Shown piece after piece: positions 54,912-64,000 of a stretch of DNA of 64,000 bases (positions within the stretch are counted from its first letter, which is position 1; each line of letters begins with the position of its first letter). The translations under genes and the position numbers were made by a program. Below the pieces are notes generated by a model that was not told where the DNA came from, made no database searches, and saw only the letters and a list, made by a program, of their open reading frames with translations. Source of the DNA: Mytilus edulis (lineage: Eukaryota); assembly GCF_963676685.1 (NCBI RefSeq), contig NC_092357.1, forward strand, positions 51,956,001 through 52,020,000, read 5' to 3'.

Positions 54912-55255
54912 GCAGCACAGACAGACTAATTAACAGGTAAAAACTGACAGTAATTCATATAAATATACCCTTGACTTTCATTATATAAATGCATATGTAA
55001 ACACATTAAAGGACATAGGTAGCCTATCTTTCAATGAAAAATCAAGGCATAAAAATACAAATTACTACCATTCCTTTGTTTATGAAGCCTGTTTAAAGAA
55101 AATAAAATATATCCTTTTCTGCTATTTCTAACATGTTAGATTTTTCATGAAATATTGATAACAAATAAATTTTCTGAAACAATGTTAACTTTAAATAGTG
55201 ATATAACATTAGTTAGCTAGATTTTCATTGAAATGATTATGATAAATTAACATAC

Positions 55256-55331
55256 CATAACTCCAGACATCACTTTTATGTGTAAATACTCTGTGTTGTA
55301 TACATTCTAGTGCTAACCATTTGATTGGCAT
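55256..55331 (-). CDS. EGFR: EGF receptor exon, kinase subdomains VIII-IX
   Basis: [25 protein letters not shown](G); phase 0-1. Confidence 0.96.
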
Positions 55332-55946
55332 CTGAAAATAAAAAGTTGAAGTGTGATCTCTTGTTCTCTATGGATATAAGTATTCTGTGAACTGGAAGTT
55401 GGGGAGTAATTGGTTTGAAAATGTGTTACACAGTATAGCAGGCTCTCATGAAGCCCTAATAACCAATTTCAGGATGCTATCATTAAACAAAGTTTGCTTC
55501 ATAGGGTTTATTTCATACTTTACATTTGATCTTCCAAGGTGTTTTTAACACTAAATTTATTTGATTGTTACTGGATTTGAGAATTGCAACAATTATCTTT
55601 CAACTCTTGAGACAGGTAGTCTTCATCATGTTTATGGATTACATGTAAAAATAATTGCTTACTGAATACTGATTCCTAAATCTTAGGCTTTCTTTGTACT
55701 TTTTCTTGAAATATGGTAGATAATTTTCCACTTCCATTGTCATTTGACGGGTGAGAACAGACCGATTCCACAAATATATAAATTCAACTATAAAGGCTAT
55801 TCTTGCTAACAAACGGTCACTAAGATTAACCTTCATTGAGGTCATATGTCTTCTAATCTAATGCTAAAGACCTTATGGTATCATGGTACACTGTACAAAG
55901 TTATAAGTGACTGATTGCTTTATAATCAATAAATCATAAATTCTTA

Positions 55947-57416
55947 CCATTCAAAGGGCAATAACTTATGATTATTTTACCTTTCCTCCACCAGCTACAT
56001 TATAACCATTCAAAGGGCAATAACGAATGACTATTTTACCTTTCCTCCACCAGCTACATTATAACCATTCAAAGGGCAATAACGAATGACGATTTTACCT
56101 TTCCTCTACCAGCTACATTATAACCATTCAAAGGGCAATAACTAATGACTATTTTACCTTTCCTCCACCAGCTACATTATAACCATTCAAAGGGCAATAA
56201 CTAATGACTCTTTTACCTTTCCTCCACCAGCTACATTATAACCATTCAAAGGGCAATAACTAATGACTATTTTACCTTTCCTCCACCAGCTACATTATAA
56301 CCATTCAAAGGGCAATAACTAATGACTCTTTTACCTTTCCTCCACCAGCTACATTATACCAATTCAAAGGGCAATAACTTATGACTATTTTACCTTTCCT
56401 CCACCAGCTACATTATAACCATTCAAAGGGCAATAACTAATGACTATTTTACCTTTCCTCCACCAGCTACATTATAACCATTCAAAGGGCAATAACTAAT
56501 GACTCTTTTACCTTTCCTCCACCAGCTACATTATAACCATTCAAAGGGCAATAACTAATGACTCTTTTACCTTTCCTCCACCAGCTACATTATAACCATT
56601 CAAAGGGCAATAACTAATGACTCTTTTACCTTTCCTCCACCAGCTACATTATAACCATTCAAAGGGCAATAACGAATGACTATTTGACCTTTCCTCCACC
56701 AGCTACATTATAACCATTCAAAGGGCAATAACGAATGACGATTTTACCTTTCCTCTACCTGCTACATTATAACCATTCAAAGGGCAATAACTAATGACTA
56801 TTTGACCTTTCCTCCACCAGCTACATTATAACCATTCAAAGGGCAATAACTAATGACTCTTTTACCTTTCCTCCACCAGCTACATTATAACCATTCAAAG
56901 GGCAATAACTAATGACTATTTGACCTTTCCTCCACCAGCTACATTATAACCATTCAAAGGGCAATAACTAATGACTCTTTTACCTTTCCTCCACCAGCTA
57001 CATTATAACCATTCAAAGGGCAATAACTAATGACTCTTTTACCTTTCCTCCACCAGCTACATTATAACCATTCAAAGGGCAATAACGAATGACTATTTTA
57101 CCTTTCCTCCACCAGCTACATTATAACCATTCAAAGGGCAATAACTAATGACTCTTTTACCTTTCCTCCACCAGCTACATTATAACCATTCAAAGGGCAA
57201 TAACTAATGACTATTTGACCTTTCCTCCACCAGCTACATTATAACCATTCAAAGGGCAATAACTAATGACTATTTTACCTTTCCTCCACCAGCTACATTA
57301 TAACCTTTCAAAGGGCAATAACTAATGACTATTTTACCTTTCCTCCACCAGCTACATTATAACCATTCAAAGGGCAATAACTAATGACTATTTTACCTTT
57401 CCTCCACCAGCTACAT
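55947..57416 (-). repeat. 59-bp minisatellite made of the exon 3' end plus splice donor (25 donor positions)
   Basis: Minus-strand unit gtaaaatagtcattagttattgccctttgaatggttataATGTAGCTGGTGGAGGAAAG; donors from 57396 to 55980 span 24 x 59 bp. Confidence 0.97.
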
Positions 57417-57488
57417 ATTCATCTTCATTGTAGTCCAGCAGTTTAGCAAGACCAAAATCTGTTATCTTTATTTGACCTGGACTTTGAA
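57397..57488 (-). CDS. EGFR: EGF receptor exon, DFG and activation loop
   Basis: [31 protein letters not shown]; phase 1-0. Confidence 0.96.
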
Positions 57489-58073
57489 CTGAAAAATATT
57501 ATAAAATATCTGTATTATCAACCTAATTGCTAACAAAAGAATAATAATTATTGTTTTAATACCTGTAGGAACTGGTTTGTTTTAAATATGTACTCCTTGA
57601 GATGCGTTTTTGATGCGTTTTGTTATTTGATTTTGCCATGTGATTGTGGACTTTCCGAATTGATTTTCCTCTGAGTTCAGTATTTTTGTGATTTTACTTT
57701 TTTCTCCAACCATCTATGTTCTTTTTTACTCAGAGTTGATGGTGTTACATCTTTTAAAACCTGTCTATCGCATTATTTGCCCTAAACATATGTTATTTCC
57801 TCTAAATTTATTCAACAGTGTGATTGTTTTATGTTCATGTTTTATTTCTTTGATGTGAAAAACTTGTAAGTTTGATTTGAGAAAGATGTCACTTTTTTTT
57901 TTACATGTATTTATTTCTTATAAGCAAACTACTTCTTAGTGTTCAATAAAAATATTATGAATCTTTGTAATATATGAGCTGCATTGGATAGAAATTAACC
58001 TTCTGCAAGTGCACATACACATGTACATTGCTAATACTTTAATTGATTTTGGAACATTCAAATAACAAATTAA

Positions 58074-58346
58074 GGTGGTACCTAACACTACAGAGAGATA
58101 ACTCTGTAAAGTCAGCTAAACGTTTTAATTTTGTTGCGTTGTTAAGGGAATATTAAGCTTCTCAATGATCAATATTGGTGTTTGTCAAACTGCTATATAA
58201 CCTGTGTAATTTTTCTGATAAAATGGTTGGTTCAAATTTTTTGAAATTTTTACATTTTTGTCAAAGGGTCAAAGTAAATACTTTGCCAAAATTTTATGAA
58301 AATTAAACGAGCCAAATTAATTTTAGTGACGGTGTTGGGTACCACC
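58074..58346. mobile_element. Kolobok-type MITE
   Basis: TTAA TSDs at 58070-58073 and 58347-58350; TIR GGTGGTACC(T/C)AACAC. Confidence 0.85.
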
Positions 58347-58483
58347 TTAAAGTTGAATGTTTGTCTGTTTTGTGGGTTCTTGTATTTCCTCAATTATCAA
58401 ACAGTTACACACTTTGAATAAAGATTTTTTAAACCAGTAATGTTAACAGATGTAAGGATATTCATTTCATAAGGTTGATTTCT

Positions 58484-58783
58484 ATCCATAACAGCTCATA
58501 CACTGACTATATCATCCATAACAGCTCATACACGGACTATATCATCCATAACAGCTCATACACTGACTATATCATCCATAACAGCTCATACACTGACTAT
58601 ATCATCCATAACAGCTCATAAACTGACTATATCATCCATAACAGCTCATACACTGACTATATCATCCATAACAGCTCATACACTGACTATATCACCCATA
58701 ACAGCTCATACACTGACTACATCATCCATAACAGCTTATACACTGACTATATCATCCATAACAGCTCATACACTGACTATATC
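58484..58783. repeat. 30-bp minisatellite, ~10 copies
   Basis: Unit atccataacagctcatacactgactatatc. Confidence 0.95.
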
Positions 58784-58867
58784 TTTTTCATTTCCCTATA
58801 CTCCTTTAATTATATCAAGTGCAATAAAAATAAGATAGGATTAGTCTATGTTCTGTATAGCCTTAAT

Positions 58868-59731
58868 CTGAAGTCTGTGATTGAGACATATCCTTACCTA
58901 CTACATTTCTGAAGTCTGTGATTGAGACATATCCTTACCTAGTACATTTCTGAAGTCTGTGATTTAGACATATCCTTACCTAGTACATTTCTGATGTCTT
59001 TGATTGAGACATATCCTTACCTAGTACATTTCTGAAGTCTGTGATTGAGACATATCCTTACCTAGTACATTTCTGATGTCTGTGATTGAGACATATCCTT
59101 ACCTAGTACATTTCTGAAGTCTGTGATTGAGACATATCCTTACCTAGTACATTTCTGAAGTCTGTGATTGAGACATATCCTTACCTAGTACATTTCTGAA
59201 GTCTGTGATTGAGACATATCCTTACCTAGTACATTTCTGATGTCTTTGATTGAGACATATCCTTACCTAGTACATTTCTGAAGTCTGTGATTGAGACATA
59301 TCTTTACCTAATACATTTCTGAAGTCTGTGATTGAGACATATCCTTACCTAATACATTTCTGAAGTCTGTGATTGAGACATATCCTTACCTAGTACATTT
59401 CTGAAGTCTGTGATTGAGACATATCCTTACCTAGTACATTTCTGATGTCTGTGATTGAGACATATCCTTACCTAGTACATTTCTGAAGTCTGTGATTGAG
59501 ACATATCCTTACCTAGTACATTTCTGAAGTCTGTGATTGAGACATATCCTTACCTAGTACATTTCTGATGTCTGTGATTGAGACATATCCTTACCTAGTA
59601 CATTTCTGATGTCTGTGATTGAGACATATCCTTACCTAGTACATTTCTGATGTCTGTGATTGAGACATATCCTTACCTAGTACATTTCTGATGTCTGTGA
59701 TTGAGACATATCCTTACCTAGTACATTTCTG
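58868..59731 (-). repeat. 41-bp minisatellite made of the exon 3' end plus splice donor (21 donor positions)
   Basis: Minus-strand unit gtaaggatatgtctcaatcacagac(a/t)tcAGAAATGTACTAG; donors from 59717 to 58897 span 20 x 41 bp. Confidence 0.97.
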
Positions 59732-59781
59732 GCTGCTAGATCTCTGTGTACAATTCCACGTTCTTCTAAATATGCCATACC
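59718..59781 (-). CDS. EGFR: EGF receptor exon, catalytic loop
   Basis: [21 protein letters not shown]; donor G|gtaagg; phase 0-1. Confidence 0.96.
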
Positions 59782-60162
59782 CTTTAAAACAAATTTATTC
59801 ACATTTTAAATAATAGAATACAAATTATACATAATCAGAAACAAAATATACACAGCTTAAAATCATTCTTATTCCATTGTTTAATAAGTACTAAAGTTTT
59901 GTGCTTTCAATATTTACTCACCTATGATATTTGGTATGACACATCCATGGAGATAATTTGGTTCAATCTTAATTCAAATCATCAAGTAACTGACCCACCT
60001 CAAGTGGTTCCCTATAAAGTAACATAATAACAAACTAATACATTGTTGAGGCTTCCTACACCACAGGAAACAGCATGCCTCAGTCTCATCAACTCAATCT
60101 CCTCTAGGCTAGACAAAAATGTATCAATCAATTTCTTGTTTACACCCATTTACAGTACTTAC

Positions 60163-60447
60163 CCTTGCTATTTGTGTGGCCCAGTTCAACAGCACTTTAG
60201 AACCCACATTCTCTTTGTGTTTCCTAACATAGTCCAGTAAACAGCCCAGTGGCATTAACTGTGTAATTAACATCATTTGTGCAGTCATACAGACAGCTAG
60301 AATCCTGATACAACAGACATTGTCCACACTGGACATCACTCGTGCCTCTTCTAGTAATTCTTTATTCAGATTGGGTGATGTACCTTCCTGTAGTACTTTA
60401 ATGGCTACTGGTATCTTGACATTTTCATTGTCTGGTATCCAGAATCC
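60163..60447 (-). CDS. EGFR: EGF receptor exon, kinase N-lobe and hinge
   Basis: [19 protein letters not shown]...EEARVM...[15 protein letters not shown]...[10 protein letters not shown], diagnostic of the ErbB family. Confidence 0.97.
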
Positions 60448-60978
60448 CTGAAAATACATATAATTTAGTTCAATGACTTTCATCAATAATGGCTAATTTG
60501 AATCATTTAACTTCTAGATGATTTAAGTATTTAAGATGCAACCCAGATTAAAATATTGATCAAAATATGTTTGACTCTAGGCTCCTATGACCCTGAATTA
60601 CTCACCTGGTAATAGTATGCCAGACTGATTTCTATTTTCACCTTTTTTGCAGTCACCATGGGAACATTTTTTCTGGAAACAAATTTTCTTTTCAAACATT
60701 CAGGTTTTTAAATTTTTTTCAAAGTGAAATAAAGACCCATTTTTTTCAAACCTAGATCAAACTGTACCCCTGTTTTAGAAGTGACCTGTCATTCAAAGCA
60801 AAGCAGTTAATAAAATTGATATTCTGGTATGATTGTTTCTCATTTCATTATTGCTTATGATGTCTTAGATATCACATAATTATAATTAACAGTAGTCAAA
60901 TTTAAAATTGACAATTTCATAGTATTTTTGAGTTCCATAATATTGTATTAAATAAGATATATAAAATGACATGATTAC

Positions 60979-61092
60979 CTTATATACTGTACCAAATGCA
61001 CCAGATCCAATGATACCTCCTCTTCTTAACTCTGATTCCTTAATCAATCTTAAACTTGACATATCTGGTTTAGCATCTGTCGGGGTGATAGG
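60979..61092 (-). CDS. EGFR: EGF receptor exon, juxtamembrane B and kinase Gly-rich loop
   Basis: Not in ORF track. PITPTDAKPDMSSLRLIKESELRRGGIIGSGAFGTVYK; acceptor tttcag, donor gtaatc. Confidence 0.95.
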
Positions 61093-61895
61093 CTGAAATT
61101 CAAAATAAATCTTTCAATTTACTAAGCCCATTGGCATTTTATTATAAATATTTGATGTAGACTTTTTAAATAAACAATTATAGAAATAGGTTCCACTACT
61201 CCACTGTTTCTACTACCCTACTGTTTTGAATATAATAACAAACAAAGCATTGAAGTAGAATTATATTTAATTTGTAGAAGAAATTATATCTTGATATAAA
61301 ATTAAATTATGTTTTGCCTCACAAAAGAGGATAGAATTTATTTGTTAGCCTCATGTTTCTACCCGTTTCTCAGTCTAGTTTTAATAAATTTTATATTCCA
61401 AGAATGTCAGATTATTCCAATCTTGCAGCTATTGGGTTGTTATTGGGTATGTAATTCTATAACAAGTCTTTTATATTTCTACGCAGTTGAACTATGTTAG
61501 CAATTTCTATAAAACTTTATGGCCCTCAGCCTTGCTTCAGTCAATAAACTGTAGTATGATATATGCAGGGGATATGTTGTAAATGTCAAGGCAACTTACC
61601 TGTTAAACAGATAAAGCTAGGTGAAAAGGGGGTGTAATAAGCATTTGTTTATATGCTTGTTTCACTTCTATCCAACATCTATTGTCCTTCTAAATTATTT
61701 TATATGACTATGTGTGATATAAGATCAATATTTCTGTAATGAATGGATATTTATACATTCATTCAATTTAAATTAACACTTTCTTGCATTTTTACAATAT
61801 CAGACAATTAAAAACTGCCATGTTTTTTGGGACCAATTGCAATCTCAATTGACCTTTCCAGCATTTCCTCACTTTTCAAGAGCTATAAAATATAC

Positions 61896-62058
61896 CTCAT
61901 CCTCATATCCTGTCATTCTAGCAGTCAGAATAGCTGTCTTCTCCTGTGACTTAGCTCTCTGTTTCCAGTAATAGGCAAACAGGACCAGCAGGACAGCAAC
62001 CAGTAATATTCCTCCTACTGTAGGTACTGCTATAGCCAATATCTTCTTCTTCTCCGCA
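61896..62058 (-). CDS. EGFR: EGF receptor exon, transmembrane and juxtamembrane
   Basis: ILAIAVPTVGGILLVAVLLVLFAYYWKQR hydrophobic helix with basic stop-transfer; phase 2-0. Confidence 0.9.
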
Positions 62059-62391
62059 CTTAAAAGATAAAAACAAAGGTTAAACATGGGTAACACTTCT
62101 TCATTTTAGTTTATGGAAAGACAGAACCAACAACACAAGTGGTAAGTAATGACAGAAATCATGAGAAAAAATTCTAAACAATTAGTAAGAAAATATCTTA
62201 AACTGGTATTTTTTATCCTGTTATTAAAAAAATAGGACGTTGAAGTTGAATGGATGAAACGTAACTTGATGGACAGAAATGAAAACAACAATAGAACCAA
62301 TAACAGACGAATATAAATTTCATTCCAGATGCTATTTCATTTATGCATATTCACACATGACTTGAATGAATTTCTATTTAAAACTTTAAAA

Positions 62392-62853
62392 AACAAGAAT
62401 GTGTCCATAGTCACGGATGCCCCACTCCCACTATAATTTTCTATGTTCAGTGGACCATGAAATTGGGGTCAAAACTTTAATTTGGAATTAAAATTAGAAA
62501 GATCATATCATAGGGAACATGTGTACTTAGTTTCAAGTTGATGTAACTTTAACTTCATCAAAAACTACCTTGACCAAAAACTTGAACCTGAACTTTGCAC
62601 TATCATTTTCTATGTTCAGTGGACCATGAAATTGGGGTCAAAACTATAATTTGGCATTAAAATTAGAAATATCATATCATGGGGAACATGTGTATTAAGT
62701 TTCAAGTTGATTGGACTTCAGCTTCATCAAAAACTACCTCGACCAAAAACTTTAACCGGACGGACGAACGGAGACACAGACGGATGGACGGATGAACGGA
62801 GGCACAGACCAGAAAACATAATGCCCCTCTACTATCGTAGGTGGGGCATAAAA
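62392..62853 (-). mobile_element. HINE/DINE-like element with two 169-bp core units
   Basis: Cores start at 62429 and 62598; same ends as 4989-5290. Confidence 0.8.
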
Positions 62854-62900
62854 AGATCTATGAATGGAAAAAAGGAAGACTGTGTGCAAGAGATACATAC

Positions 62901-63034
62901 TCTCTGTCTGCATTTAATCTAGCCTGTACTCTTGGATGAGAAGCACCAGCACATACAATCAATCCTTCATCATTAACATCTTCTGATTCAACATGGTGAC
63001 TTTTATCATCTGGACATTTTTCTGTACAATTAAA
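62901..63034 (-). CDS. EGFR: EGF receptor exon, membrane-proximal extracellular region
   Basis: Not in ORF track. FNCTEKCPDDKSHHVESEDVNDEGLIVCAGASHPRVQARLNADR; acceptor tttcag, donor gtatgt; phase 0-2 fits neighbours. Confidence 0.85.
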
Positions 63035-63497
63035 CTGAAATAAAGAAATATATTTTTAATTCACAGATCTTAGTCTTAGCTGCACAGGCTACTAAATATG
63101 TAATATGAAAAATCTCTTAAAAGCTAAGATAGTCATTAAGTCTAATCCAAGAATTCAGAATTTCCAGTTCTTACTTTGTTAGGATTACAATGAATGACCA
63201 ATGACCAAAATAATATTTCACCTATTTTTACTGTTTGCAATTATGAGAGTTGTCCATCTTCGACTACTGTGATGATCAGAGTTGTCCATCTTCACCTACT
63301 GTGATGATCAGAGTTGTACATATGATTTGTGTCATCTGTACTTATTGTTTGTGATTAGCAGTTATGTATGTGATGTTTTTCATATGTAATTATTGTTTGT
63401 ACAAATGTATTATAATACATGTGCCACTCACCAGTGCTGCTTTCATTTATGTGCTTGATTATCAAAATTACATAGTTATTTTGTTATTTGTACTTAC

Positions 63498-63752
63498 TCT
63501 GTGTAGATTATCCGTGTCATCCCAGTAAACTTTGAAGTTTTTACAAGAATTACAATCAGCAGCTGTTGGTCCATAGCAGCTGTCTCTACACTGTTCATTA
63601 CATCCCTGACAGATGTTGTTAGAGTCGGGATAGAAGATGGGATAACATTTGTCTACACAGTAGTCAAACTGCTTTAGATATTTACATGTTATACAATGGG
63701 CAGATCCAGAGCCAGTACAGTCAGTACACATCTCATGGCATCTTTTACATAC
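63498..63752 (-). CDS. EGFR: EGF receptor exon, furin-like Cys-rich extracellular repeats (upstream exons outside window)
   Basis: VCKRCHEMCTDCTGSGSAHCITC...CYGPTAADCNSCKNF; acceptor ttttag, donor gtaagt; 255 nt. Confidence 0.88.
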
Positions 63753-64000
63753 CTAAAATAAAACAACATGCTGAAACCTCTCACCTGCTTTACTCAATAT
63801 ATTTGAATATGATGTTGATAAAATACAATTGTACATATGATAGAACTCACAAGACCAGCCACAAATGTGCCAGGTAATTCTATTTCCCACCCAAACTGTT
63901 GCTCGTTATTCTTAAGTTTTCTATGTTGTGTCATGTGTACTACTGTTTGTCTGTTTGTCTTCTTTCATTTTTAGCCAGGCATTGCCGGTTTATTTTCGAT

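Noticed and set aside
58868-59717. Array units as chains of coding micro-exons (ag-AAATGTACTAG-gt)
   Set aside because: The intervening 30-nt introns are too short, and the kinase is already complete and in frame without them.
45877-59731. CRISPR-like appearance of the regular arrays
   Set aside because: Units are contiguous tandem copies with no unique spacers; no cas genes; eukaryotic intron context.

Overview
AT-rich eukaryotic genomic DNA. The repeat families suggest a bivalve mollusc, possibly Mytilus (inference). Two spliced minus-strand genes lie head-to-tail. (1) The 3' part of an EGF receptor gene: 14 exons at 63752-39832 that splice in frame with GT-AG boundaries, covering furin-like Cys-rich repeats, TM, complete kinase and a tail ending in PDZ-type ETTV*. 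(2) A p75NTR/TNFRSF16-like death receptor: 4 exons at 23047-82 encoding signal peptide, 4 CRDs, a p75-type TM and the start of a death domain that runs off the window. Introns and the intergenic region hold nested transposons (near-intact RTE LINE inside a decayed RNase H LINE, RTEX-like and Hero-like fragments, a Helitron, HINE/DINE-like elements, MITEs) and many minisatellites. Main findings: (a) tandem arrays built from the exon 3' end plus the 5' splice site, starting exactly at real donors; two EGFR kinase exons are followed by 20 and 24 extra donor copies, each reachable only through an in-frame stop, and two more degraded cases exist; (b) a complete HDV-like ribozyme fold whose predicted cleavage site matches the 5' end of the RTE element; (c) an unlisted in-frame 102-nt candidate alternative exon after the EGFR kinase. 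Exon boundaries were read by hand and no database searches were run.
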